From positions 280,084 to 344,083 of IMG/VR virus record IMGVR_UViG_3300042308_001511: a stretch of 64,000 nt of DNA; one strand, given 5' to 3'. The notes below the pieces were generated by a model. It worked only from the letters and a program-made list of their open reading frames with translations, made no database searches and had not been told where the DNA came from. Below are positions 1-8,896 of this stretch, piece by piece. How positions within the stretch are numbered: position 1 is the stretch's first letter; each line of letters begins with the position of its first letter. Made by a program: the position numbers and the translations under genes.

Positions 1-2
1 TC

Positions 3-206
3 GACCTATACAACATCATCCAGAACGAGGACATCACCAAAGCCGAAGGAGCCAACCTAAAGAGCTTATTCGAGACCGAGTTGAGAGTGATGCAGGAAGT
101 GAGCGTACACCTACGCAGTGTACGTTTCGACCCATCGAGTGAAGAAGGAATGGAGCTGCAGCTTGGCCTTTGCCAAAAAGTGTTGAACGGCGAGTCATTG
201 TCATAA
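3..206 (+). CDS. partial hypothetical protein (5' end outside window)
   Basis: Open frame DLYNIIQNED...ESLS* from position 3 to TAA 204-206, followed by ORF at 217. Confidence 0.6.
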   Translation, partial: DLYNIIQNEDITKAEGANLKSLFETELRVMQEVSVHLRSVRFDPSSEEGMELQLGLCQKVLNGESLS

Positions 207-216
207 ATCTACTAAA

Positions 217-735
217 ATGAAATACTTCTCAGATTTCCAGACCGGAAAGACATACAACTACAAAACGCTCTCATTGGACGGCACCAAGACCGTTCGCGAG
301 ACTAACACCAAATACCTTTTCTCCTTCTACACAAGCAACGGAAACGAGATCGACCTTCACTTCTTCCCGAACGATAACTTCTCGGCACCTGAGGGATCCA
401 CGTTCGACGAGAAGAAAAAGAGGAAGTTGAACGACTCCAGGTGCAGGTACATACTGTGTGAGGTCGAGACAATAGTATACGACGTCGAAGGAAACGAGCA
501 CGGACGTGATACGAAGTTCGAGGTGTACGATAAGTCTACGGACAAGCAAACCTTCGCACGTGGAAAGAAAGCTCGTTACAACAAGGATTTCGCACCTTTC
601 ACGAGGTTCTTCAACATCGAGCTGAAGGGCGGGAAGATGGTCTTGGCACCGGGCGGTGTCCACTACGGCGTGGTGCCAGGCACGTTGAAGCACGGAGTGG
701 AGGTGAAGGCGGTTGACTCATTAACAATAGTATAG
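217..735 (+). CDS. hypothetical protein
   Basis: 172-aa ORF in co-directional run. Confidence 0.75.
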   Translation: MKYFSDFQTGKTYNYKTLSLDGTKTVRETNTKYLFSFYTSNGNEIDLHFFPNDNFSAPEGSTFDEKKKRKLNDSRCRYILCEVETIVYDVEGNEHGRDTKFEVYDKSTDKQTFARGKKARYNKDFAPFTRFFNIELKGGKMVLAPGGVHYGVVPGTLKHGVEVKAVDSLTIV

Positions 736-737
736 AA

Positions 738-932
738 ATGGACGGGTTGAGAATCATCGACAACAACACCGGGAACAAGTGGGTCATCAGATCAACGGGC
801 AGAGGGCAGTTCCATCTGTCCAGGATCTATTCCAGCAAGAAGAACAAGAGAAGGCAGCAGTCGGAGCTGGTCTTCTCGGAATCTGAATGTCAAAAGTACA
901 TTAGTAATGGCAATTGGTCAAGCATCGTCTAA
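738..932 (+). CDS. hypothetical protein
   Basis: 64-aa ORF 2 nt after upstream stop. Confidence 0.65.
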   Translation: MDGLRIIDNNTGNKWVIRSTGRGQFHLSRIYSSKKNKRRQQSELVFSESECQKYISNGNWSSIV

Positions 933-975
933 ATAGACGATAATACGTTTTATCGTTTATTTAGACGATTATCTT

Positions 976-1218
976 TCACGATATAGATATGTTTACGCAC
1001 CATTTGACTCTGTGCTGCACGACACCGTTTTCGTTCAGGAAAGTCTCTCTGCGCAGGAAGCCATACAGATCCTTCTGGTCCACGATGACTCTTTCTCTGC
1101 CGTGCAGGCGCTGTAGCCTGAGAATCTCCTCATAGACCTCATCGATTGAGTTCGCTTCTATTTTTCGTGTCATAGATATGTTTTTTGACAAATATAAGGA
1201 ATATATTCTAATGAACAA
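976..1218 (-). CDS. hypothetical protein
   Basis: 80-aa ORF convergent on 738..932. Confidence 0.55.
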   Translation of the reverse strand: MFIRIYSLYLSKNISMTRKIEANSIDEVYEEILRLQRLHGRERVIVDQKDLYGFLRRETFLNENGVVQHRVKWCVNISIS

Positions 1219-1348
1219 AGGACGACTTTATTTTTTTATAAAGCAGGTTGGAGTCTACTCTTCCTGCACTGATGTTGTGCAACGCCCCTTTCCCGGCTTT
1301 CCCAGTGAGTCGATATGTCTTAGCTATGGTCCCATCGTTTCTTTTCAT
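1208..1348 (-). CDS. small hypothetical protein
   Basis: MKRNDG... start chosen because the longer start lies in a hairpin. Confidence 0.4.
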   Translation of the reverse strand: MKRNDGTIAKTYRLTGKAGKGALHNISAGRVDSNLLYKKIKSSFVH

Positions 1349-1380
1349 AAATATAAGGATCTTTCCTGGATTAAACAAAG

Positions 1381-1415
1381 AAAGGTGCCAAAAATACACG
1401 TTTTTTGGCACCTTT
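1381..1415. terminator. hairpin AAAGGTGCCAAAAA-N-TTTTTGGCACCTTT, likely intrinsic terminator
   Basis: Inverted repeat just downstream of 1433..2722; related copy at 5728-5758. Confidence 0.7.
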
Positions 1416-1432
1416 CTATAATCTGTATCAGA

Positions 1433-2722
1433 TTAGTTTTTTATGGCTTTCAGTGATATTGTTTGTCTGTCCTTTGTTATGTTCAGAAAATAAGTCCCTG
1501 GTTGCAGCATCTGTGTATCGATTGAGATTGTGCCTCCGTCGAATACCTGGATTGTTTTCCCTTCGATGGTTGTAAATGTACCGTATGATCCAGGTGTCAA
1601 GCTAATCTCTATCCTATCGTTGAAAGGGTTCGGCCAGAACAACTCTTTAAGTTGTTGTTCACGTAAAGATAAGCTAGATGAGTCTTTTAGTCCTGTATTG
1701 TCCCACAAACACTTCACCGAGTCGAACTGGTAGACGTAGATAGTGTCTGTAGGCTGTACCGGTTTTGTGCCTTTGTTCTCCCATACGAGTGTTTTGATGT
1801 TGAACTGGTGGTTGTCCCAACAGGTTGTATCTGCAGGCCTGGTCGGTATTGCTCTTACAGAGTCCAGCCAGAAATATCCTGCGTACGGGTGGTACATCTG
1901 ACATACGGGAGTATTATCGTTACAATCAGATAGGAACTTACCAGATACTATAATACTATCGAGGTGAACGATTCCTGCGACCTGTGCTGCTGCGTAGTTA
2001 CAGATCTTATACTGAGTGTTGTCGTAGCTGATATAGTAGCCTGAGCAGTCTGTAAAGCCGAGTGCTACGTAGTTGGTGATTGGTCCTGGTTCTGTACCTG
2101 GTACAATCATTATAGGAACACCGGTTGGTTTGTATTCTTTGTTATTGGTTCCAACAACGGAACAACCGTTAGCGTCGGTGAATACGACGTATAGTTTAGG
2201 ATTGTATAGGTTCATAAAGCAACCACCTTGGTTTGGACCGTAGTATTGGGTGAATGTGTTGTCCCAGTTCTTTGTGTATACTTTATCAATCATAGCATAG
2301 TTAGCTTTATCGACTGAAAAGTAAATACAGGTTTGTTGGTTTTGAGGGTTCTGTGGATCTGGCATCTGTATAACATTGAAGGAAGTGACCTTCAGTGAGT
2401 CACAGTCTTTAGTGACAGCGATAGAGATGTTTATTAGTGTGTCCAACGAGAATTTGGCTAAGCCGTCATCTTTCTTCTTACCGAGTACCCAGTAGGTGCC
2501 TGGTACGAGTTCGCCTTTTGTTTTAAAGTTTGTGGCCAGTTCGGATCCCTGTATTGCAGCGTCTACGACTCTATAGATTGACCACTTTTTAATGTTTGTT
2601 CCTGTGGTGTCGACTGATACGGCACCATCATTGAAGTTTGGTCCAGTAGCGTTTGTGACCTTTACTTGTGAGTTTGCTAGGAATGCTAGCATAAATGAGA
2701 TTGTAGCTATTAGTTTTTTCAT
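1433..2722 (-). CDS. secreted protein with type IX secretion (Por) C-terminal sorting domain
   Basis: N-terminal signal peptide MKKLIATISFMLAFLANSQ; C-terminus WPNPF...TTIEGK...IDTQMLQPGTYFLNI...LKAIKN fits type-A T9SS CTD pattern. Confidence 0.8.
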   Translation of the reverse strand: MKKLIATISFMLAFLANSQVKVTNATGPNFNDGAVSVDTTGTNIKKWSIYRVVDAAIQGSELATNFKTKGELVPGTYWVLGKKKDDGLAKFSLDTLINISIAVTKDCDSLKVTSFNVIQMPDPQNPQNQQTCIYFSVDKANYAMIDKVYTKNWDNTFTQYYGPNQGGCFMNLYNPKLYVVFTDANGCSVVGTNNKEYKPTGVPIMIVPGTEPGPITNYVALGFTDCSGYYISYDNTQYKICNYAAAQVAGIVHLDSIIVSGKFLSDCNDNTPVCQMYHPYAGYFWLDSVRAIPTRPADTTCWDNHQFNIKTLVWENKGTKPVQPTDTIYVYQFDSVKCLWDNTGLKDSSSLSLREQQLKELFWPNPFNDRIEISLTPGSYGTFTTIEGKTIQVFDGGTISIDTQMLQPGTYFLNITKDRQTISLKAIKN

Positions 2723-2730
2723 ATTATTTT

Positions 2731-2764
2731 TTATACGAAAATAAATAAAAGATTTGATATGGTG
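2731..2764 (-). repeat. near-identical intergenic promoter repeat (second copy about 4511-4545)
   Basis: TATAC[GA]AAAATAAATAAAAGATTTGATATGGTG at both sites; minus strand reads TATTTT[CT]G (TAnnTTyG). Confidence 0.7.
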
Positions 2765-2765
2765 T

Positions 2766-2799
2766 AAAAAAAAACCGTTCTGTTTTGAACGGGTTTTTT
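2766..2799. terminator. intrinsic terminator
   Basis: AAAAAACCGTTC-loop-GAACGGGTTTTTT downstream of 2813..3157. Confidence 0.65.
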
Positions 2800-2812
2800 A
2801 TAATGTGAAAAA

Positions 2813-3157
2813 CTATGGTCTGTTTTGGTTCTGTTGTTGCTGAGGTTGTGGACAGATGACGTTCATAGTGGCGCCGTAGACCTTTAGGCCCAACGGAGTG
2901 TCCGCACCGTGAAGTTGGTGCCACTGACCCTCTGTTTTCATACCAGGGTTCACCGCCTCACCCTGTTGTTGTGCTCTGTACTGGTCACAAAGACCGTTAG
3001 GGCCATATACCAAACCCTTAATACCCTGTTGTTGCTGTTGTTGAGTCATATTCTGTGAGAATACAAATCCTGTAAACAAAAACGACACTATAAAGGCAAT
3101 CACTTTACTTTTCTCCATCTTTTTATTATTTTTTTTATACGGCACCGAAACCAGCAC
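2813..3157 (-). CDS. Gln-rich exported protein
   Basis: Signal-like segment VIAFIVSFLFTGFVFSQ, poly-Q tracts; true start possibly 3121. Confidence 0.7.
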   Translation of the reverse strand: MLVSVPYKKNNKKMEKSKVIAFIVSFLFTGFVFSQNMTQQQQQQGIKGLVYGPNGLCDQYRAQQQGEAVNPGMKTEGQWHQLHGADTPLGLKVYGATMNVICPQPQQQQNQNRP

Positions 3158-3768
3158 CAGTTATATATTCCATTCCTAAAATCTCCCAAAAGGTACCAAA
3201 ATCTCCACCAAACCCTCGGCCAGAACCTCCAATCATTCTTCCTATCCTCAACCAAACGCTCTGACCTCATAACGTTGGCCCACTCATCGTAGTCTAAATA
3301 AGCCAACTCTGCGTCACCTATATCCCAAGACCCAGGTACCGACCAATCCTTTCCCATGTGACCTGAAAGTGCAAGAACACATACCTCCTCTAACAATGGT
3401 GAAACACCTATGTCTAATCGCTTACTAGCCCTACGAAAACGTCCAACATGCCAAGCATTGACATCTATCAGTGCCACGTAGAACTCGTAATGTACAAACG
3501 AAGAGTCGGGTATGCCATATCTACCCAGATCCAAAAGACGATCTTGTAACTGAAAGTAAGTAAGTTCGAACACAACACTACCATCACCAGAAAGACGATA
3601 ACCCAAGTCCCTATCGAAACCTGTTTCCCAGTCATGCGTGAACCAGTCGTACATCGCCTGCACCGGATCTGAATACTCCTCTACCCAATAACCCTGTGTA
3701 GGACTAAGAACACCATTTACCTTCCTAAGTGGTAATAGAACCAATAACCAGCACATCAATCGTAACAA
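3100..3768 (-). CDS. hypothetical protein
   Basis: 222-aa ORF, hydrophobic N-terminus. Confidence 0.65.
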   Translation of the reverse strand: MLRLMCWLLVLLPLRKVNGVLSPTQGYWVEEYSDPVQAMYDWFTHDWETGFDRDLGYRLSGDGSVVFELTYFQLQDRLLDLGRYGIPDSSFVHYEFYVALIDVNAWHVGRFRRASKRLDIGVSPLLEEVCVLALSGHMGKDWSVPGSWDIGDAELAYLDYDEWANVMRSERLVEDRKNDWRFWPRVWWRFWYLLGDFRNGIYNWCWFRCRIKKIIKRWRKVK

Positions 3769-4112
3769 ATATGACCCTCCAAAGTACCAACACCGTAGAC
3801 GTGTCCTTGTACGTAAACCGTGTAGGTACCTGGTGGAATCTTAAATACACCATGTTCGAAAACTTGACTATAGTAATCACCAAACATAGTTATACCTGAA
3901 ATCTTAACTCCAGTCGCCTGACCATCACCATACTTCATAAACCTGACAGATATCCGTCCAGTCTTAGTCGTGAACGTACCGTTAGTCTGAGTTATGTTGG
4001 GTGTCGATTGCCAAGAAGACCTACGTCCCTGTGTGAAAATTGAACTGCACATCTCACATGAGAAACACCAAACAGAAAATAACAAAAAAACCAATGAAAC
4101 TAATATCCTCAT
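3756..4112 (-). CDS. putative exported protein
   Basis: Signal-peptide-like N-terminus, 118 aa. Confidence 0.7.
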   Translation of the reverse strand: MRILVSLVFLLFSVWCFSCEMCSSIFTQGRRSSWQSTPNITQTNGTFTTKTGRISVRFMKYGDGQATGVKISGITMFGDYYSQVFEHGVFKIPPGTYTVYVQGHVYGVGTLEGHICYD

Positions 4113-4122
4113 AATATGATAT

Positions 4123-4491
4123 TTACTTACCCAGTATTTCTTTGTCAGTTGCTGACATAGATGTAACTACCATCGATAAGCCGGTGGCCATTACTGAGGC
4201 CCATTCAGGAAGTTTGAATATGACACAGATTATGCCTAATATGATGTAAATTAATATACCTATCAGTATTCCTTTACCTAAACTTTTCCAGGTCGGTGGA
4301 ACCTCATCTTCGTCTGCTACTGTAAGTGCCATTATGCCGGAACACACCGTTGCTATTGTTAGTAATAGATAGTATCCACCTGACCAGGTTCCACCGACCC
4401 ACCAGTTTAGTAACAGGTAGTAAAGTGTACCTGTAGCGAGTGTGGTTCCGAGTGCTTTGATGATTCTTGAGATAATTAATGGTAAGTTCAT
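4123..4491 (-). CDS. membrane protein (about 4 TM)
   Basis: Four hydrophobic stretches. Confidence 0.75.
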   Translation of the reverse strand: MNLPLIISRIIKALGTTLATGTLYYLLLNWWVGGTWSGGYYLLLTIATVCSGIMALTVADEDEVPPTWKSLGKGILIGILIYIILGIICVIFKLPEWASVMATGLSMVVTSMSATDKEILGK

Positions 4492-4553
4492 AATAAAAAA
4501 TATTTTTGTTTTTATACAAAAATAAATAAAAGATTTGATATGGTGCTAAAAAA

Positions 4554-4562
4554 TAATATATA
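4554..4562 (+). promoter_or_regulatory. putative late promoter TAATATATA
   Basis: Same 9-mer upstream of genes at 5797, 7295(-), 7378, 12621, 18562, 27086, 30945, 61772(-). Confidence 0.65.
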
Positions 4563-4579
4563 CAAAAAAGAAGATATTT

Positions 4580-5461
4580 ATGAAGTACATAAAGACTTAC
4601 GAAGTGCTGAAGGAGGCCAAGCTTCCCAGAAGGAGGTTCATACTACTGTCAGGCCCCAGCGCCTCTGGTAAGTCAACACTGGCAAAGAACCTAGGTGCCA
4701 CTCACTGGTACGATAAGATGTCCCAGGCGGTACTGATTGGCACCGACGACTTTATGAATAGAAAGGCCTTCGGGGTTATGAAAAGTCTTTGTAAGGCTGC
4801 GGGAATGCCTTTACTGGCCGCTATGATGAAGGACTGGCCGCACGTATTCGACCAATACAAAAAAGACTTCACAAAGTGGCGCAAGACGGCATCAACCGAG
4901 GAGCAGTCAATCTTCGACGACCTACATAAGAGGTTCCCTATCGATAAGGCGAAGGACAACGCTCCACACTTCCACCAAGACGGAAGGATCACAGGGATGG
5001 CCTGGTGTGCTGCACTTCTACCTAAGGAGTGTAAGACCATATTGTTCGACGACATATCTGTTGGTATAAAGAAGTACTTCGATGTTGATGAGTGGATCCT
5101 GTTCACACCATTTGACTGGTTGCTTAAGAACATAACCGACAGGAACTCAGATAAGGATAAGAGTGTTCATATAGACGTGAACTCGGAGGGTACCGCTATA
5201 TACCAGTACTGCCAATGGTGGCAGGCGTCTGCTGAGGCGGATCTCGACAACAAGATGTACACGGCGGATTCTGTTAGGACGATGCTGTCTGCGGCAGGTC
5301 ATAATGATCCAGATGAGGTTCTTTCGCTACTGGGTGTTAAGGGTCTTGATAACGGGTTCTATCTTACGACCAGGGACTGGATCGACGCGGGTTCGAGGAT
5401 TGTGAACACCAGGGATGTTTCTACCGGTAGGGCCGGGGATTTGCCGGGTGGCTTAAAATAA
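4580..5461 (+). CDS. P-loop nucleotide/small-molecule kinase-like protein with N-terminal MKYIKTYE tag
   Basis: Walker A GPSASGKS, IGTDD and ILFDD motifs. Confidence 0.7.
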   Translation: MKYIKTYEVLKEAKLPRRRFILLSGPSASGKSTLAKNLGATHWYDKMSQAVLIGTDDFMNRKAFGVMKSLCKAAGMPLLAAMMKDWPHVFDQYKKDFTKWRKTASTEEQSIFDDLHKRFPIDKAKDNAPHFHQDGRITGMAWCAALLPKECKTILFDDISVGIKKYFDVDEWILFTPFDWLLKNITDRNSDKDKSVHIDVNSEGTAIYQYCQWWQASAEADLDNKMYTADSVRTMLSAAGHNDPDEVLSLLGVKGLDNGFYLTTRDWIDAGSRIVNTRDVSTGRAGDLPGGLK

Positions 5462-5478
5462 CATGGACTTTATGAAAC

Positions 5479-5684
5479 TTACATTCCCAATTCCTTAAGT
5501 TTATCTTCTCTGAGCTCTTCTACGGTTCTGAAGTTTTTCCGATCCAGATAAGACCATCTATCACTATCATTTTTGACTAAAATCAAATCCGGAGACATTC
5601 CATAGTCGTTTGCATCGTACCACTTGCCGACGTGACTGACAGGCGTTCTAATATTGATTGATTACTTACACAAATGACCTTCAT
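5479..5684 (-). pseudogene. frameshifted family-B small protein with C-tag
   Basis: MKVICVSNQSILERLSVT in one frame continues as VGKWYDAND...REDKLKELGM* in another; 206 nt, one base short. Confidence 0.75.
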
Positions 5685-5706
5685 ACTATTGTTATTCTCA
5701 TAGGAA

Positions 5707-5738
5707 CAAATATAGCGATTAAAAAGAAAGGTGCCAAA
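5707..5738 (-). promoter_or_regulatory. Bacteroidota-type housekeeping promoter (-33 TTTG, 20 nt, -7 TATATTTG)
   Basis: Minus strand TTTG-gcacctttctttttaatcgc-TATATTTG, 23 nt before ATG 5684. Confidence 0.75.
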
Positions 5739-5782
5739 AAATACGAGTTTTTTGGCAACTCATCATACTGGGTTCCGGTAAA

Positions 5783-5791
5783 TAATATATA
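5783..5791 (+). promoter_or_regulatory. putative late promoter TAATATATA
   Basis: 5 nt before ATG 5797. Confidence 0.65.
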
Positions 5792-5796
5792 CCCTT

Positions 5797-6441
5797 ATGA
5801 GACTACTGAAGACATTCGAGGGATTCCACCTGGACGAGACAACACAGTTGATAACACACCTCTGCGAGGAACTGGGAGTTGACATAACATCCAGTGAAGA
5901 GATTGAGAGTGCGACAATATACACAACCGACTATTCTGAGTTGTCCGAACTAGAGATTGCTACGATACTAGAAGACCACATACCTATGCTGGGTGAGGGT
6001 AAAAGGATCGCGATGGCAATCGACCGGCTTAAGCCGATGAGGATATTCGTCTACGAGGGTAACCTGATTGATGTGATATTCTCCTACCTAGACTCAAGGC
6101 TCGGTGACATGGAGGTTGAGACCAACAAGAACAGGTGGGGTGAAGACACAATCGTGTACACAAAGGGTGGTTCGTGGTACTTCTGGCACTTCAAAGACGA
6201 CAGTGAGCTGAAGATATCCTACCAGAACGAGAACATACTCAACGAGATTGGATTGAAGAGCAAGCTAATAATGCCCAAAGTGGATCTCGAAGGGTTCATC
6301 GATTACATATCTGGGAACCACTACGAGCGGGGTGAGAAGATTACCGCGAACATATCGGCGGGATCCGTGAAACGTATGAACGTGGTGCATGAGTGGTTCT
6401 CCTCCAGGTTCGAGAAGTTCGACTACGTGGACTTCGTATAA
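5797..6441 (+). CDS. acidic hypothetical protein with N-tag (MRLLKTFEGF)
   Basis: 214-aa ORF; N-terminal motif plus late box. Confidence 0.8.
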   Translation: MRLLKTFEGFHLDETTQLITHLCEELGVDITSSEEIESATIYTTDYSELSELEIATILEDHIPMLGEGKRIAMAIDRLKPMRIFVYEGNLIDVIFSYLDSRLGDMEVETNKNRWGEDTIVYTKGGSWYFWHFKDDSELKISYQNENILNEIGLKSKLIMPKVDLEGFIDYISGNHYERGEKITANISAGSVKRMNVVHEWFSSRFEKFDYVDFV

Positions 6442-6444
6442 GTT

Positions 6445-6699
6445 TTATAGACCAAGTTCCTTTAGCTTCATCTCGCGCCACTCTTCCTTTGAGACGAATC
6501 TCGACCTTAGATACTCGGTGTTGTGACCGAAGTTGTTGATGATCTCGACGAACTCGTCGAACAGGTTTTCTGCATAGTTTACTACCTCGTACTCCTTTCC
6601 GTAGGTCAAGCCCCCAGGGATATGGCCTCTGGATTTGTATCCTCTTTTTGTTGATTCGTTGTTGTCGTAAGGTTCTATACAGACGATTTTTTCACACAT
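6445..6699 (-). CDS. family-B small protein with C-tag
   Basis: VCI...LTYGKEYEV...REMKLKELGL. Confidence 0.85.
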   Translation of the reverse strand: MCEKIVCIEPYDNNESTKRGYKSRGHIPGGLTYGKEYEVVNYAENLFDEFVEIINNFGHNTEYLRSRFVSKEEWREMKLKELGL

Positions 6700-6726
6700 G
6701 CCGTAAATATACGATAAAGTATTAAA

Positions 6727-6753
6727 GAAAAAAGCACCTAAGGTGCCTTTTTT
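6727..6753. terminator. intrinsic terminator
   Basis: AAAAAAGCACC-TAA-GGTGCCTTTTT at end of 6753..7295. Confidence 0.65.
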
Positions 6754-7295
6754 TATCTCATTGATAGGACGAATACTATGTACTCTAATATCAAATCTTT
6801 CCTCCTGTGCTTGTACTCCCAGACGTCCTCCCCGGACTCTAACTCGTCATCTTCGTTAGTGAACTCGTCGAAGAAGGTGTCCGCGAAGTCCTCCTCCTCT
6901 GCGTCAGGATTAGAGGTGCCAAGTTCGTCTTTCAGAATATCCAAGCAGTCCCATAGTTCATCCTGATCGAGCATCTCGAGAAGTTCATCCTCGTCGTAGA
7001 AAATCACATATATCCTGTCGCTGGTACCGCCACCCTGTCCTACGGCGTAGTTCCAACCCTCGTCTTCGAGCATAGGTTTGAACCTGGTCTTAGTGTCTTT
7101 GTCAATGAACGGATTTTGACCATAAGGACCATAAGATGGTTTGTCTGCGTAGGACCATATACGAAACACGTTGTCTTTGGCGAGATTTATCCTCTCGGCA
7201 TCTTTGTCTTCCAGCATCGCAGTGGCTATCTGGTTGACCTGGTCCATTTTGTTATCCTGTCCGAACTCCTCGAACATCATCAGTCTTCTTCTCAT
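6753..7295 (-). CDS. acidic hypothetical protein with N-tag (MRRRLMMFEEF)
   Basis: 180 aa; TAATATATA on minus strand at 7300-7308. Confidence 0.8.
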   Translation of the reverse strand: MRRRLMMFEEFGQDNKMDQVNQIATAMLEDKDAERINLAKDNVFRIWSYADKPSYGPYGQNPFIDKDTKTRFKPMLEDEGWNYAVGQGGGTSDRIYVIFYDEDELLEMLDQDELWDCLDILKDELGTSNPDAEEEDFADTFFDEFTNEDDELESGEDVWEYKHRRKDLILEYIVFVLSMR

Positions 7296-7377
7296 GCTTT
7301 ATATATTAAAAGCATTATCCGTTTTCTTATTGTCTGTTGTGCCAGAATCCGGGAATGTTTGCGTTAATATATACTCT

Positions 7378-8172
7378 ATGAAGTACATTAGAACATACGG
7401 GATCTTCGAGTCGAAGAAGAAGGACGTGAAGGATTACATGGGCAAAGACAGGATCATACTGATAGGTCCACCTACGGTCGGAAAGTCGACCATATCCAAT
7501 GCACTCGCCAAGAGCCTGGGCCTCGAGGTCGTCTCTCTGGACAGGCTACAGGCTGAGTTCGGGTACGGAGAGGATTCCGAGCGCGAGTGCGTGGCCCACG
7601 TCCTGTCGGAGGACTACGAGGGCTTCGACAAGCCTTCGATACTCGACTTCGGTGGAGGGCACGTCTACAAGAAGGACGCTCACAAGCTGCTGAAGGGTTA
7701 CAGGAACATCTTCGTCCTTGTCCCTTCGGAGGACATTGAGTTCAGCAGGGAACTTCTGGAGAAGGGCCACGAGAGGAGGTTGCAGGTAGGTACTGACCGC
7801 GAGCTCAAGAAGGTCATGTCCGCCTACGAGAAGGGTTGGAAGGGAATGGACGAGGGCAAGGCCGAGAAGATGATTGAGTTGATAAAGAAGGTGCTGGAAG
7901 GCGGCGCTGGTAAGATAAAGGTCGAGGATCTACCGCCTAACATGAAGTCGGAGTTCACTGGCTCGTCCTTCTACAAGTCGCAGAAGCCAAAGTACTTCTG
8001 GGACGTCGAGTCAGGCTGGAGGAAGTACCAGGACCTTTTCACGAAGAGGCACGACAGGATAAACAGGTCCATAACGGACAACGTGGTTGAGGTCTACACT
8101 AAGAAGGGCGTCCGCAGGTCGAAGTCGGCCATAGTGAAGGAGATACTGGGTGGTCTGGTGAAATTCACTTAA
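7378..8172 (+). CDS. shikimate-kinase-like P-loop protein with N-tag (MKYIRTYGIFES)
   Basis: ILIGPPTVGKST, SLDRL, ILDFGGG motifs; start at 7378 after TAATATATA 7365-7373. Confidence 0.7.
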   Translation: MKYIRTYGIFESKKKDVKDYMGKDRIILIGPPTVGKSTISNALAKSLGLEVVSLDRLQAEFGYGEDSERECVAHVLSEDYEGFDKPSILDFGGGHVYKKDAHKLLKGYRNIFVLVPSEDIEFSRELLEKGHERRLQVGTDRELKKVMSAYEKGWKGMDEGKAEKMIELIKKVLEGGAGKIKVEDLPPNMKSEFTGSSFYKSQKPKYFWDVESGWRKYQDLFTKRHDRINRSITDNVVEVYTKKGVRRSKSAIVKEILGGLVKFT

Positions 8173-8219
8173 TAAGGGTGAAATTCACTTAAAATAAAAT
8201 TTGAGTGAAAAACACTTAA
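8157..8219. repeat. three copies of GTGAAA(TT/AA)CACTTAA
   Basis: Exact 16-bp copies at 8157-8172 and 8177-8192; 13/15 match at 8205-8219. Confidence 0.85.
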
Positions 8220-8436
8220 TATTTTAGAACCATATGAGGTTGTATGAATGGTGATTCTTCTTTGCAATTGAATTCGAATTCTACGTTGATTTCCGGTATT
8301 ACGCCTTTCACGATACCCTCAACGCCAATGAACTTCTCCATTTGAGAGTTCCAGTGTACGCCAAAATACCGGGAGAAGGTGGTACTTGATGAGGTCTCAA
8401 ACCTGAAACCCTTCGCCTGTCTCCTACTTTTATCAT
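8216..8436 (-). pseudogene. frameshifted and truncated family-A protein
   Basis: Coupled ATG at 8436 gives MIKVGDR; AKGFRF continues in another frame (one base missing); C-tag absent. Confidence 0.7.
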
Positions 8437-8642
8437 CTATGAAGTGATTCAACCGTTATACTTCCATCTTCATGCTTGGTGAACTTATCTCCTTTCGACG
8501 GTAGGTGCATTTTACCGTTGGCTAATCGTATGAATGATCCTACGGTATCACAACCATCTCTTTCTTCTCTTATGCAGTTCCCTTCGAAGAACTTCTGAGC
8601 TTCTCGCCCCATCCATCCTTCATATACTAATTCTTCTTTCAT
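8433..8642 (-). CDS. hypothetical protein
   Basis: MKEELVYEG..., ATGA overlaps at both ends. Confidence 0.75.
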   Translation of the reverse strand: MKEELVYEGWMGREAQKFFEGNCIREERDGCDTVGSFIRLANGKMHLPSKGDKFTKHEDGSITVESLHR

Positions 8643-8896
8643 CTTATTCCCAGTTCTTTTAGTTTGTCTTCTCTTAGTATTACAAGGTACTCGTCGATTG
8701 GGTACCACCAAGCAGAAGTGCCATTGTCTACGTTTTTATTTCCGAATTCTATTTTGAAGGTGCCATTATCGTGGTCTATTTCTACAATGGTTCCATCGAC
8801 GCCTATGAGGTTGTACATAGGTGTTGTCATCGCAACAAATAAGGCTCGCCTCTGTTCTGCGAATTCGAACCCTTTCACTCTGTCTCCTATCTTCAT
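8639..8896 (-). CDS. family-A small protein with C-tag
   Basis: MKIGDRVKGF...WYPIDEYL...REDKLKELGIR. Confidence 0.85.
   Translation of the reverse strand: MKIGDRVKGFEFAEQRRALFVAMTTPMYNLIGVDGTIVEIDHDNGTFKIEFGNKNVDNGTSAWWYPIDEYLVILREDKLKELGIR

Noticed and set aside
271-693. Antisense or overlapping ORFs in the track (e.g. 271..693, 4702..5133, 53374..53694, 54312..54674) and the 7171 upstream extension
   Set aside because: Shadow frames of better-supported genes; the 7171 start overlaps an opposite-strand gene, whereas 7378 has the N-tag and late box.
1640-1680. LREQQLKEL in the T9SS cargo as a copy of the C-tag
   Set aside because: It sits in the usual linker just before the CTD xPNP motif and lacks GI/LL; probably coincidental.
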